The notes: generated from the sequence alone by a model not told the origin. Shown: positions 44,807 to 57,734, counted from the stretch's first letter. The stretch is DNA of 64,000 nt from an uncultured Hormoscilla sp. (GCA_963921275.4 OZ001293.3:3520001-3584000), one strand, 5' to 3'. Numbers and translations are program-made.

Positions 44807-47604
44807 TCAATCTTCGGTAAACTGACGCCACAACGCTTCAATTTCTGCGAGGATTTCGCAAGGCAGCAGTTCTTCCTCTCCCTCATTGATGTAGCCATCA
44901 CTGTTAATATCTGCTTTTGCCCCTTTTGGGCGCATTAAAATTGCATATGTTGTCCGAAAAGCCTCTGTGTACTGATTTTCAAATTTTAAAGTATTTGGAT
45001 CTACCAATGCCCCAAAATTACCATCCTTTAGCTCATTTTCAAGCTGCGGCAGTCGATATTTACGAATTGTGTCAACTAGAAATTTATGCGCTCGTTCGGA
45101 AATGTACTTAACTACTTGCTTATCTTCTGCAATATCCTCAAACTCTTCTGGGCTTTCTACCATCTGCTTTTGCAGTTGATTGGTTTTTGTCAGAATCTGG
45201 CGGTAGTAAGCCAGTGCCCGAGCTATATCCTCTGCTCCCTCTGCTCGCTTGTGCCTGTTTGCTTCTGTAAGGAAATCCGGTAATATTTTTAGGAGCTTTG
45301 GAGTCGGTAGCTCGATCCCAAGAGCGACATCCCGAATAATTTGTAGAGACTCTTCCGGTTGCAACCAACCAAATCCGATAAAAGCAATGATTCCGAATAT
45401 AAAAGTAGCAACACCACCACTAATTTGGCTCCGAGTCACTAAACGCGCCTTTTGACTAGCCTTGATGTATTCTCGATCCATAGAGCTGAGTTCATCTCTA
45501 TAGTTATTATAAATCTCTTCTACCTCTACCAACCAGGATCCTCGTAGTAAAGAATCGCGATGCTTACCTTTTTCTTTCCACAAGTTAGCTGCTTGCTCTA
45601 TCTCCCGCTGCTTCCGCAAACGAATTCTATTTTTATCCAACCACCAACGCAATGTTTCCCAGCGACGAATGAGAATTTCATGAGCTATTTATACTGTCAC
45701 TTTTCCTTTTATTTCCTCTATTTCTAGTGACAGTTCATCTGATTCTAGTACAGTTGCAACTGATTCCTGGCTTGGCACGCTAACCTCCTCATTTTCCTCT
45801 TGGTTCGTGACAATCAGCCTTGCGTCAGTTAAGGCTTTGAGGGTTCTCTCCACTAACTCTTCAGGATATTTCTCCCTAACCAAATCGGATTTGTATACCC
45901 GGCGTCCCGTATCCTCAGTTCCATCTCCCAAATTGGTTAGCTCCAGAAAAATTTACTGAGCGCAAGCCTGAGCTTCCGCATCTAAACTCTCGTAAACAGC
46001 TTTAGCTTTTCGATCTAACGCGCCCTCAAGACCACCAATCTTTTCCCAATATACTTGTAAAGTTAGCTTCCCTCTTTGACGTTTTTCCCACAACGTTTCC
46101 AAAACCAATTCTAGTATGGGTAAATTTCCAGACGAGTCATTGCTCCCAGACGAGTCGTTCATCTGCTGCAACAGTTCTTCTACCAGCTCTGGTTCTACCT
46201 CCAGTCCGACTTTCTCTGCAGGTTTGACGATGACCTGGCGATAGTCATCTAGACTGGGTGGCACCAACACATAAGACTGCTGTAACTTTTCATAGAGTTT
46301 TCTTACTTTGAGACAAGAGGCGATAAAATCTGCTCGGAGTGTGATTACCAGTTTGAATTTATCCGCCGCGTATTCTAAAGCTTCCAGAAGCATGTCTAAA
46401 AAACTTTGGCGCTCTGGGTCTAAAAATTTTTGGTGCTCCTTTGAAGTTTCTTGTTCTTGTAGAGTAAAAAGTTCCTCAAATTGGTCTACTAACAACACTA
46501 CCATTGGCTCTGTTCGCTGGCGCAGCCACCGGACAAATCCTTCGCCTCCAAAATGCAACAATCCTTCTATTTCCATTTGCTGGCGATTTTTTTTCTCTTC
46601 TGTTCCAGCATCTACTAATGCGGAAGCCAAGGCTTGAATAGGATGCTTTCCAGGGCGAAAGCTCTTAATCAACCACTGTTCGCTTCCAGGTATCTGTTTC
46701 CCTTGCTGCAACTGGGCGATTAATCCAGCCCGCACGACGGAAGATTTACCGCTACCAGAAGCTCCCACTACAGGTAGAAAGGACCGCTGGCTGAGTTCGT
46801 TGATGAGTCTCTGCGTCAGATCCTCTCGCCCGTAAAAGTATTTGGCATCTTTGACCCCAAAGGCTCTTAACCCCATGTAGGGACACAATCCGACATCTAC
46901 TGGTTTGGCACTTTTTTCCCCAGGTGGCAAGATTTCAATCACGCCCTGGGTTGCTGAGAGGGAGGCATCCCACCAAATTTTGCTTTCTGCAAGTTCTGTA
47001 TGGATTTGAACAATCCATTTGGCGACAGGAAGACCATTTTCTGAGTCAGCTACTTCCAAGGCTTTGAGTAAAACTTGGGCAAATTCTTCTGAATTCTGGA
47101 GGGTTGCAGCACCGGCTATCAAGCACTGACCTATTTGAGATTCGAGACGCAAGTCTTCTACCCAATCTGCTAAAGATTCTGCCCCAGGACAATCTAAGAT
47201 AATGATTTGTCGATCGATTTCTGATTGGTGCAGTTGCTGTCTTAACCAAGAACGACTGATTTCAATGCAATCGCCAATGACCAATAAGGCTTCTCCAGTC
47301 TGGGTTTGTTCGATTCGCCCTCGCAGGTATAGGAAGGCGGTTGATTTTTGTTGAGATGCTTACCAATGGAGGGTTTCAGGATGCGATCGCAAACAATCCT
47401 GAATCGCTCCTTGACATCTGGCAAGTCTGTTTTTTCTGGATGCCAATAATTAAGCTCGAATTCCCCTGCACCTTTCAACGATTTAATCAATTCCAAAGTC
47501 GTTTGACCGTCCGATAGTCCTTCTACTACCAACGCCTGTCGTGGAGGGCGAGAGTCAACATCTACAGTTTTTAAGCCCAAAACCAGTTCCCCCATTGCTG
47601 CCAC
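44807..47604 (-). pseudogene. nSTAND1-type NTPase signalling protein, multiply frameshifted
   Basis: CPYMGLRAF, GASGSGKSS, VDQFEELFT, TLRADF, GDGTEDT, W-rich repeat and TM helix across four ORF pieces. Confidence 0.85.
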
Positions 47605-47694
47605 AATCCATTTAGGTGTTTGTAATGTATATTCTTTGCAGAAAGAATCAGTTTCGCCAATTTGCTGTGGTAATTCTGATATTTCCTCCCTCAG

Positions 47695-48456
47695 CTAGTT
47701 GGGAATTGACCACTGTTCTGCCAGACCCAAACGCTTTTCATATAAGCGTTGTCTCCAGCCTCCATGTTCTAGCAAGGCTCCCCAGAGAGAGAATGGTAAT
47801 GCTCGTCTGGGAAAAGCTACAGAAGGATTTCCCAAATGCTCTAGCAAGTTGTTTGCCTGGGCTAGGAGTAAAGCTGGCAAGGGAGTAATTTCGCTGCGAG
47901 TTGCTGCTGACGGCCAGACTTGACGCCCTACCCACAGGACGTTCAAATCATCAATTAACTCCTCCGCCTCCAGGGAATAGGTGCGATCGCGAGAATGATA
48001 ACGTCCCTGATCGTGCAATTGTAAATGGGTAGAATAGCCCCAAATTCTGACAAACCCTTCATCAGGGTCTACTTGGGCCGCCAGGTAATAATCAGCAGCC
48101 CACATAGGGATATCCAGCCATTCTTGGGGAACCCGCAATTCGGTCAAATCTATTGTATCGCTAGGAATCAGTACCAATCGTTTTGTCCCCAACTGAATAG
48201 CAGTCCCATTGACAACTTCCCAGAAACTAGGGAGAGCCGAGACAACAGGCCAAATCCTGGTAACAGAATTATATTCCGCTTGCAGCCAAGCGAGGAAAGT
48301 CTGCAAGCAAAGTCTATTAAGATAGGCTCTCCAGCGACCACTTGGAGAAGAGAAGGACTGACTTTGCTTCCAAGCTTCTGCTTGTGCGGTTTCCGATATC
48401 TCCAACCACAGATGAGTTTCCTCAGTAAATAGATCCAGGGCTAATTCCATAATCAA
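47695..48456 (-). pseudogene. DUF1822-family protein, probably C-terminally truncated
   Basis: WRAYLNRLCL, WEVVNGTAI, LRVPQEWLDIP.WAADYYLA. Confidence 0.75.
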
Positions 48457-50481
48457 GTCTCCGTTTCCGGTGGTGTATCAAGATTGCCATAATGTTGTAG
48501 GAGCCATGCTTTAATAGATGTTCCCATACTGTTAAGTACGTTGGGCGCGAGATCCTTATGCAGTTTTTCCTTTCCCCACTGAGCCAGTGCCAGCAGCAAG
48601 GCTTTGTTCAACTCTCTGAGCTTGAGCGTGCGAGAAACTTTAGACTGCGATATTGCCAACTGTTCTGCAATCTCCTCTTGAGTTAACCCCTGACCGTAGT
48701 GCATCTGTAGCATTCTCTGCCTCAAGAGCCGCTGTGTTTCTGGTCCTGTTTGACAAATGTGACTGTCTAAGGCAGCCACTAAAACCGAGTTTACCTGCTC
48801 TTGCCGAGATTGCTGTCTGTGCTGTTCTTCTTCATTTATCAGTTGAGCGAGTAATGATTCTGCCTTCCCCCTGGGAGAACATCCTGTAATTCTGCCGCTG
48901 CTTCCCTCCCAGCCGGTGCATTGAGGGATGTCATCGGGGGAGCCAGATATGATCGGATCGCCCGAGCACAAGTTTCCATCCATTCTTGGAGCGTTGCAGC
49001 ATTACATTCAGGTCCTGGCGCTTGCAGTTGGCCGAGTCGTTCCCTATTGTAGAGTTGCCCGATCGCCTCCCAGGTATTGCCATCTGGAGGGGTGAGTCTG
49101 CGGTTTCCTCTGGGTTTGGTAGGAACATAAACATCCTTGAAGCACTCCCAGGCCAAAATGTAGCTATACTGCACTAGGTCATAATTTGAGCTTTGTCAAT
49201 TATTTGAAAATTCAGAGTTAGCAGAGATTGTATCTCTTCTTTGTGGAGACTATGAGCATTGTGTATCGGATCAGCAATTGCCGATTTAAATGAATCAAAA
49301 TCTTCATAATACTGGGAAGATAAACATTTCTTTTTTACCCATTTCCACAACCGCTCAATTCGGCATGATGGTAAATATAATAACCTTGAGTTCTTTAGCT
49401 TTTTCCTAAAGCAAATTGCATTTTTGATAGCGAGCATTATCTATTACTAATAAAATTGGCATATATTTTTTTTTCTGATCTTTTCCAATAGCTCGCAAAC
49501 CGTTATAGCATTTGGCATCATTTGTTACGATTATAACTTCCGAAGTAATCGCATTTAATGCCCCTAAAACATTAAATCTTTTTCTCTCTGATGCTGTTTT
49601 AATAAATATTCTCTTAAAACACCATAAAAATTCTATAAATGCACGAAATAGGCGGCATCAACAAACGACTCTTTTTCCTTCGGAAGCCTCTAACAGTCTG
49701 GGTTCTAGAGTTTTTTCTTTATATTCTTGTTGTATGTCTGAGTCGGCTTTTCCTGGTATCTGTCCTACCTTTCCCCATTCCCATCCTTAACATAAAATTC
49801 CTGACCTGGCTACGTTTAATCCCAGTTAATTCTTTTTGATTTTTATGTGAATTTAACTGAGATATCCTGTCGAAACCACCTGCCAAATATTATTTAAAAT
49901 AATCCCGCATTGTATTTTGACATACCCCAGTAAGCCGGGCTATTTCTTTATGCTTTATGTTTTGACTCTTGAACCCTGCATTTTCTTACGAACTCTCGGG
50001 TTGGGATGATAATATCTTAAATAATTCAGTTGTTCTTTTTCTTCAGCAGTAAATGATATGTTAATCATTATTACAGATGTTACTAATTCGATGGCATTCC
50101 TATCATAACTCTCACAAAAGCGCAAGTCGATCCCTATCCGAGTATATCAATAGTTGCAGGAGACAGCCTGTAATTTTCTAAAGATAAGCTGAGCTGCTGC
50201 ATGCTAGTATGGCGCAATAAGCTCCAATTAGTCTGGCCAACCGATTTATCTCGCTGGCGCAGTTCATCTTTGATCGTCCGTCTGAAGACAACAACAGCGT
50301 AATCTTTCAGGGAGCCGTACTCAGGGTCAAAGCCTGCCAGCACAGTATCTACCTTAGAACGCGCTATCTGAAAATAGTCCTCCAAAGTATATTCAGAGAA
50401 CTTAAATTTCTGCCACTCAAGGCCAGCAGCATTGTAACAAGCTTCTTCCAAGTAAGCGTACAGATGATTACCATTATACAA
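48453..50481 (-). pseudogene. Sigma-70-like (HetZ-like) regulator split by IS630 and a frameshift
   Basis: HLYAYLEEACY, WSLLRHTS, YILAWECFK, C-terminal HTH LTQEEIAEQLAISQSKVSR; removing the IS restores ATIDSYILAW. Confidence 0.8.
49167..50144 (-). mobile_element. IS630-family element, decayed
   Basis: TA duplication at 49165 and 50145; FNVLGALNA, IERLWKWVKKKCL. Confidence 0.85.
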
Positions 50482-50619
50482 TTTTGCTTTCCAGCATCAT
50501 TATATAATACGTAGGGGAGTAAGAGATTTATGCATCTCCTACTCCCCTACTCTTGAACCCTCCTCCTGTGGCGATCGACCTTTCGACAGCCGATCGCCTA
50601 CGATCGAGCGAGCTAAATT

Positions 50620-50865
50620 TTAGAACATGCCAGCGCTGCTCAGGCCCAATATAGTGCCGGCTCCTAGGATGTGACCCAAGCTAGTGGTGGCCAGCAACTC
50701 AGCCAAGCCCATACCCCCGAACAAGCCCATACCCCCGAAAAAGGGTGATGCTGGCAATCCTGGACCCACACCCTTCTGTTGGATGAAGAACTTGCCTATG
50801 GCGATCGCCACTATATTGCAGATAATCATCGTCACACCTACACCTACAGACCACTCTGAAGTCAT
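50620..50865 (-). CDS. psaK: Photosystem I subunit PsaK with 18-bp in-frame duplication
   Basis: EWS..MIICNIVAIAIG, ELLATTSLGHILGAG; FGGMGL twice (50704-50739). Confidence 0.9.
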   Translation of the reverse strand: MTSEWSVGVGVTMIICNIVAIAIGKFFIQQKGVGPGLPASPFFGGMGLFGGMGLAELLATTSLGHILGAGTILGLSSAGMF

Positions 50866-50994
50866 GCCTCTTCTCCTGTATCGATTCACTTTGACAATCT
50901 TTATAATTATAAATTACTTTTTGACAAAACAATCATTTCGTTTCATAAATTAATATAACTTAACATTCAGCGACCCAGCCAGAAGCCAAAATGG

Positions 50995-51049
50995 GTAGTT
51001 AGTTGTCAGTGGTTAGTTGTCAGTGGTTAGTTGTCAGTGGTTAGTTGTC
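50995..51049. repeat. STRR-type heptamer repeats
   Basis: Alternating TGGTTAG/TTGTCAG; similar runs near 7950, 9295, 20455, 35745, 56935. Confidence 0.8.
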
Positions 51050-51050
51050 C

Positions 51051-52011
51051 TTACCACCCCTCAGTTTTCCAGCGAGCCCATAGAGGGGGGACCGGTAGTC
51101 CATGACGAATCGCTCGAATAATCAGACGAAGTCCAGTGGTAAACAGAGAACACCAAGAACGGAAGCGTATGATGCGAGACTTGGGTAAAGGCGTCTCATC
51201 GCTCATACCAGCAGAGGTGGACCAATACATGGCTAGTGCCATAACCTTGCATCAAACGTTCGTTTGCGATCTGCATGTTCTTTTTGAGTTTCAGTAATGC
51301 CAAAACCAGAGGTTTTGAAATCAGAAAACATGAGTTCAATTCCCCAGCGAATCCCATAATCTCGTGTTTTGTATTCAGAGGCGGGACAATCGCTATGATC
51401 CAAGCTTCGCCATAGCCAGGGTCTTGAAGGATGCCAATGTTAGTTTTTACCTCTAATTTCTCCTCCCAGTATCACTTGACATAGCGTGATAATATATAAT
51501 ATCACGCATGTCAAGTGATACTGCCCTGATGTTGGAAAATTAGGTTACCCTTCAGGCGAATCCGGTAGCTCCAAGCCATGATTTTGACACCATTCCACTA
51601 AGGTGCCATAGAATCTGTCAGCCATCAACAAGATAGAAAACTCTGAAGACAGCAGATAATCTACTTTTTCAAGTAATTGCTTTTGCATAGCTACACGCGG
51701 CTATCAACTTAAGCCGGGACAGTAAGTCGGGGTAAGGGATTGGGCGATTGTGTTTTTGATGACTGTCGTGGCAGGGGGATCTCACCCATATGGTCTACAA
51801 CCCACTCAAATAGATTCTCGTGCATAGTATCCAAAGAGTCGTGGCGCTGCTGTGGTACCATCCGCTCGCCTGATGTCAAAATTGTAAATGACAGTCCCGT
51901 TCCACTAATAGCCTTAGCCAGGCGCTTCCCACCTCCGTCTCCCACCAGGAAGATTCACCGATGCGGCCCTCGACGGGCAATCCCTTGTTGATGGCCCCCG
52001 ACGCTGCTAAT
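51051..52011 (-). mobile_element. IS4-family transposase remnant
   Basis: RWGIELMFSDFKTSGF, MALAMYW; interrupted at 52012. Confidence 0.6.
51467..51523. repeat. 57-bp palindromic mini-element, copy 2
   Basis: Same arms as 17086-17142. Confidence 0.9.
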
Positions 52012-53643
52012 AGACATCTCCAAAAATAAAACCCTTGTCAGCTCTGGGTTTTAAGCTCTACCTCCATTTTCTTCTTTTTGTTTAGGGTGTGTCATCAATC
52101 AAATTGCTTGACAGAAATAGATGGATACGGTATGGAGTCCTTATCCAGCAATAACAATCAAGAGGGCATGATATGAGACGCTATGGCTTGCGAGACGACC
52201 AGTGGGAACGGATCGAACACCTTTTACCTGGTAAAGAGGGTGACCCAGGCGCTACAGCCAAGAACAATAGATTATTCGTGTTCTGCCGTGTTATATCGAT
52301 ATCGTGCTGGCATTCCCTGGCGGGATTTACCGGAGTGTTTTGGGGATTTTCGGGTTGTTCATACCCGCCATACCCGTTGGTCTGAAAAGGGAGTTTGGAA
52401 GCAGGTATTCGATGTCTTGGCCTCAGACGCCGATAACGAATACGCCGCGATTGATGCCACCATCCTGCGTGCCCATCAACGAGCGTGCGGGTGCAAAAAA
52501 AAACACCCTCAGATACGTGCGAAACCCAAGCCATAGGCCGTAGTAAAGGGGGACTATCGACAAAGATTCATGCCACTTGCGATTGCCCAAGGCAATCCCA
52601 CAGGATTTCATCTCCCCTGGCCAAGCCCACGACGGGAAAGGTGCTGACGTGCTATTGGATAAAATCGGTGAGATTGGCGCGCTGCTTGCAGATAAAGCCT
52701 ATGATGCGGAACAACGTGTGCTCGAGCGCCTGAAAGAGGCGGATTGGATGGCTGTCATTCCTCCAAAAAGTAACCGCACAGAACACAGAGAATACGATGA
52801 AGAAATGTACAAGTGGCGGCATCTAATTGAAAATCTATTCCAAAAACTCAAGCAATACAGGGCTCTGGCGACACGCTACGATAAAACGGCTCGCAATTTC
52901 TTGGGTGCCATCTACCTCGCGGCAGCTGTAATATGGCTTAATTGATGACACGCCCTAGCTGTTAATTCCTGTTTTTTCGGTTGTTTTTATTTGAGGTTCT
53001 CCAATATAGGCTTTATCCCCTGCAAAAATTTGATCTGGATCGAAAACGACGCTCGCAAGATTTATATCGCTTGCTGGGCCTCTTTCTCCAGATACAACAT
53101 CGACAAGATCTGCACGCTACCAGGTAAAACAATTAATTGATTTTTCAAAGTATTTCTTCTTACTTGAGTAAAACTTTTTCTGCTCTTCATAGTCTTTAGG
53201 TCTTGGTATGGCTTGCGCTATCGACTATCAACTCATATTCTGTGTTTGGATAAATATTCTTCATCTTCTCCATTTTTTTTGTTCAAGTAAACGGCAAAAG
53301 ATCTTGCCAATAATTAAAAATATCATTAGCTTTCACCCAAAAAGTATACCTAATACTTGAAATGTTAATCCTTGACACATCAAAGTTAAAATAATTTGCT
53401 CTTCTACTAATAATTTAGGTTTCGCCCCCACGACGTATCAATCTAGTTTTGTGTTCTTCCACCTTTTCTTTATGATTTTTATCCAACAGCAATTGCAATA
53501 AGTTGTATTAAGTTTTCATAGCTGATACCGATGAGCCGTTTTGCTTCTTTAGGCTTGGCTTGCAAATATGTCCAGGTAATACTCGTCACAAAATTAAATT
53601 TTCAAATCTTATTATAGCATAAATTTCTATTTTGGAGATGTCT
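52012..53643 (-). mobile_element. IS5-family (ISL2-like) element, decayed and interrupted
   Basis: TIRs AGACATCTCCAAAA / TTTTGGAGATGTCT; AAT duplication; FAGDKAYIGE, GPASDINL. Confidence 0.75.
52085..52955 (+). mobile_element. IS5-family (IS427-like) element, defective copy 2
   Basis: Near-identical to 16060-16988; TA flanks. Confidence 0.92.
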
Positions 53644-53829
53644 AATGGAATTGACCGGTAGCTTCGGCAATCCCTAGTCAAGCTTTTGACACCCTCTTGG
53701 AGTCGGCATTTGGCTACTAATAAACAGCTTTCCGGTATAGTAAGACTCATGGTTCCTGATTTGAAGATTTACTTCGGATACGATACCAATCCCTGTGACT
53801 TGTTGCAGGGATTTTTTTGAGAGAGGATT

Positions 53830-54176
53830 TTTTTATACATTTAATCTCCGGAGTTTTTGTCCCGCTTTACGCTGATAGCCTTTTCCCAAACTCCGTTTTT
53901 GTTCCCTCGGCTAAACCTCGTATGTACCACTTCTTTAGTCTCCAAATCTCTCGGATAAGTCTGGACACGGGATTCCCGCTTTGTACCGATACAGCACTGC
54001 TTCCACAAATAGTCGATTATTTTTTGCTGTTCGGACTACATGGCCTTCTCTTCCCGGTAGGAAATCCTTGATTTTTTCCCACTGGTCATTCAAGGGTGCA
54101 TATCTATTTTTCTGTCTCTTTCCTTTTCTTCAGTTCATCTATTCTATCCTCTCTTCTTCTAATTGATGACACGCCC
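53830..54176 (-). mobile_element. Divergent IS5 orfA fragment with one end
   Basis: TTGATGACACGCCC end; DQWEKIKDFLPG, NRLFVEAVLYRY. Confidence 0.7.
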
Positions 54177-54436
54177 TAGAGAGCCTATCGAGTCTGAAAC
54201 CCTTAATTTGGCGTGTTCATAAGTTTTACTTATCACACAAACCTAGGAGAGCCAGCGGCTTTTTTTGTGCTATTCGGAATTATAGCATAATTTTGAGGGG
54301 TGGTAAGTTAGTTGTCAGTTATCACTAGTCAGGAGACCTGGCACGTGATAACTGGTCATAACTTGTGCATTAATTATCAATAATCAATATTAATGCACAA
54401 TTGACAATTGCTCAATTTACAATTCACAATAGATAT

Positions 54437-55063
54437 ATGCGAGTCAAGATTTGCGGGATAACAATAACTTCACAGGCGATGGCGATCACCCAGTTAGGAG
54501 CAACAGCACTAGGGTTTATCTGTGTGCGGTCCTCTGAGCGTTACATAACGCCTGAAAATATCCGGGTGGTGGTAGAGCAGTTGCCAGGAGCGATCGACCG
54601 CATCGGCGTGTTTGCCAACGCCCCCTTAGAAGAAATCTGTCAAACGGTGGCAACTGCTCAATTGAGTGGCGTCCAGCTCCATGGCAGCGAGTTGCCGGAA
54701 TTTTGTCACCAATTGCGTCGTACCCTGCCGACGATAGAAATTATTAAAGCCCTGAGAGTAAAGACGGAAGAAGCCTTAAATCAGGTAGATGTGTACATTG
54801 ACTGTGTAGATGCTATATTGCTAGACGCCTACCATCCAGAAAAGCTTGGAGGTACAGGCAAAACCCTGGACTGGTCTGCCTTAAAGCAATTTCATCCCCG
54901 GTGCCCCTGGTTCCTTGCCGGTGGCTTAACGCCAGACAATGTCCAATCAGCCCTGGATCTAGTTCACCCCAATGGTATCGATCTATCCAGCGGTGTAGAG
55001 CGCCAACCTGGAGATAAGGATCTGGCGAAAATTGCCCGCCTGTTTGAGAAACTGCGGCTCTAG
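54437..55063 (+). CDS. trpF: Phosphoribosylanthranilate isomerase
   Basis: [39 protein letters not shown]. Confidence 0.95.
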   Translation: MRVKICGITITSQAMAITQLGATALGFICVRSSERYITPENIRVVVEQLPGAIDRIGVFANAPLEEICQTVATAQLSGVQLHGSELPEFCHQLRRTLPTIEIIKALRVKTEEALNQVDVYIDCVDAILLDAYHPEKLGGTGKTLDWSALKQFHPRCPWFLAGGLTPDNVQSALDLVHPNGIDLSSGVERQPGDKDLAKIARLFEKLRL

Positions 55064-55753
55064 TTTCCTTTACTGTTCTTGAGAGCCTCAAATTTATAGC
55101 CAACACCCCGCACTGTCTGAATCAGTGTTAGTTGATTATCAGTTTCCAGCTTTCTGCGAATTTGACCGATATGTACGTCCACAACTCGTGGATCCCCTTC
55201 ATATTCGTACTCCCATACTTGTTTAATCAGTTCAGCACGACGCCAAGCTCGATTGAGATGGCTAGCTAAAAAGTACAGCAAGTGGAATTCCAGGGCAGTT
55301 AAAGACAATACCTGACCATCCAGATTGACTTCCCGACTGACCGAGTCGATGGCTAGCCAGTCAAAAATTAAGGGTTGCTGCTGAGGGGGCGTCACTGTTC
55401 GCTGGCGCTTCAAAATCGCCTCCACCCGATATTTCAGTTCTTCGAGATTAAAGGGTTTGGTGAGGTAGTCATCGGCTCCCTTAGAAAACCCAGCGATTTT
55501 ATCAGTGGGATCGGCCCGGGAGGTGAGCATGAGCACAAATACATCAGTGCGACTCTGCATTTCCTGACAGAGGTTATAACCAAGCATCGGGTAGGTTCAC
55601 ATCCAGAATCACCAAGTCTGGATGAAATTGCTCAAACAGCCTCATGCCTGTCTTACCGTCGGCGGCAGACTGCATTTGATAATTTTGTTTGGCCAAAAAG
55701 CGATAGATAAGATTGCGAATGGCAGAATCGTCGAGAATTTTGGCTGGAAGCAT
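55060..55753 (-). pseudogene. OmpR-family response regulator, frameshifted in the receiver domain
   Basis: GADDYLTKPF, RVVDVHIGQIR, TVRGVGY; N-terminal MLPAKILDDSAIRN..PDLVILDVNLPD out of frame. Confidence 0.8.
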
Positions 55754-55793
55754 GTCTTATAACTCCGCAGATAACAGCTGCTTCTGATAATTA

Positions 55794-56805
55794 ACCTAAG
55801 TTGCGACCTATTAAAAAAAATATGAATTACCCACTTAGACTTTACAGATATTTGGGATATTTCGTAGCTTTTGATACAAAATTATATTTTTTTTGTGCTA
55901 GACGGCGGGTTGGCTGTTTATAGGTTATAATGTACTAAAATAATAGTTAATTGCTGGGGGATATAGATGATGGAAGATATGATTACAACAATTTTTGTTC
56001 TTTGTGACGAGCTACTAAAAGCGTTAAATATAAAAGAAGATCCACAAGTAAAAATGAACAATGCCGAAGTGATGACAGTCGGATTAGTTGCTGCATATTT
56101 TTTCGGAGGACACCACGATCGCTCTTGTCAATTTATGGTCGAACACAAGTATATAAAAAATCTGTTAAGTAAAAGTAGGTTCAATCGTCGATTACACAAT
56201 ATTGACGAACCAATTTGGATGTTTTTCTTCCAAGTTATAGCTCAAACATTTAAAGAGCTCAATCCGGGTCAAGAATATATTCTTGATAGTTTCCCGGTGC
56301 CAGTATGTGATAATATTAGGATTGATAGATGCCAAATTTATAACAAGGAAGAATATCGAGGGTATATTGCCAGTAAAAAACGTTATTTTTATGGATTAAG
56401 AGTTCATATGTTGGTAAACAAAAATGGAAAGCCAATAGAATTTTATCTAGATACTGGTAGTTATAATGATGTTAAAGTTTTGCAATCTTTTGGCTTTGAC
56501 TTACCATCAAATTCAATAGTTTATGGAGATAAAGCTTATAATGATTATCAATTAGAGGATTTACTAAAAGAGTCGTCAAGTATAATGTTAAAACCTTTGC
56601 GAAAAAAGAACTCAAAAAGAAAAGAATATTCTTGTTTTGAATATATACAAAAAGTAACAAGAAAACAAGTTGAAACCTGTTTTAGTCGAATCACCAATTT
56701 GTTTCCCAAGTCAATTCATGCTGTTACATCTAAGGGATTAGAGTTGAAAATAATTCTCTTTATCATAGCTTTTTGTATCCAATTTTTATAGGTCGCAACT
56801 TGAGT
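55794..56805 (+). mobile_element. IS982-family element, apparently intact
   Basis: TIRs ACCTAAGTTGCGACCTA / TAGGTCGCAACTTGAGT; TSD TAATTA; low GC. Confidence 0.92.
55967..56791 (+). CDS. IS982-family DDE transposase
   Basis: ILDSFPVPVC, YFYGLRVH, YGDKAY, RKQVETCFS. Confidence 0.92.
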   Translation: MMEDMITTIFVLCDELLKALNIKEDPQVKMNNAEVMTVGLVAAYFFGGHHDRSCQFMVEHKYIKNLLSKSRFNRRLHNIDEPIWMFFFQVIAQTFKELNPGQEYILDSFPVPVCDNIRIDRCQIYNKEEYRGYIASKKRYFYGLRVHMLVNKNGKPIEFYLDTGSYNDVKVLQSFGFDLPSNSIVYGDKAYNDYQLEDLLKESSSIMLKPLRKKNSKRKEYSCFEYIQKVTRKQVETCFSRITNLFPKSIHAVTSKGLELKIILFIIAFCIQFL

Positions 56806-57369
56806 TAATTATCATTTGTCAATGCCTGGGTGCCAACTATCGGCAGCGTTACCGCCACCGGAGGATAAACCCGGACCTGGCTCATAGAATTCAAAATTCT
56901 GGCGTTGCACCAACTCGGGGATGATGGTGGCTCTCTGGTTAGTCAGTTGTCAGTTGTTAGTTGTCAGTTGTCAGTTGTCATTATCCATGAAACCTGGTCC
57001 CTAGAGGCTCCCAGTAAGTGGTCAATATACATCCCGTGGTTTTGCATCTTAGAAGTCATTGCGAGGAGGGGCTGTGTCCCCCCCCTCGTTCCCACGGCGA
57101 AGCCTGGGAACGTGCGATTAAGATGTCTCTTGGGTAGTGCGACTACGATGTATCCTCTTTTGTGCGGGGATCTTGACAATGTTGGTTTGGGAACTCCCCT
57201 CGCTCCGGACAAGTTATTAACCGAGAAGTATTGGGATAACGGTCCTATTTATTATGATTAAGTTTTGTAAAGCTAATCAGCAATTGGCTCTAAGAATAGT
57301 TATAATATGGAGAATAAGCGATCTAGATAATTATTACTCAGACATAAACTTTAGAAAGGGAGTATATCA

Positions 57370-57734
57370 ATGGATCTTGCACCTCTTGTCCAAATAGTCG
57401 TTTACTGGTTAGTGACATCGGTCAGCTTGTTTATTATCTCAAAACTGCCATTTTGGGGTGTTGAAATTGACAGTTTCGAGATAGCAATGATATCAGCAGC
57501 AGCTTTTGGAATATTGAATGCGCTGCAGGTTCCCGCTTTTCAGTATTTTGGTTTGCCCTTAACATGCTTAATATTACTCTGGTCGCGATCTTAGTTAATG
57601 CCATCATCTTTGGCTTAGCCGCTGCTTTGGTCTCGGGATTTCGCTTGCGCGGGGGTATAGTTAGTGCCTTGCTGGGTTCCCTCGCCCTCGGATTTATCAA
57701 TTCCTTCCTCTTCTACGCCCTCAAGTCTATCTAA
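57370..57734 (+). pseudogene. 4-TM phage-holin-like (YvlD) membrane protein, frameshifted
   Basis: GVEIDSFEIAMISA..FGILNA then LVNAIIFGLAAALVSGFRL in another frame. Confidence 0.7.
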
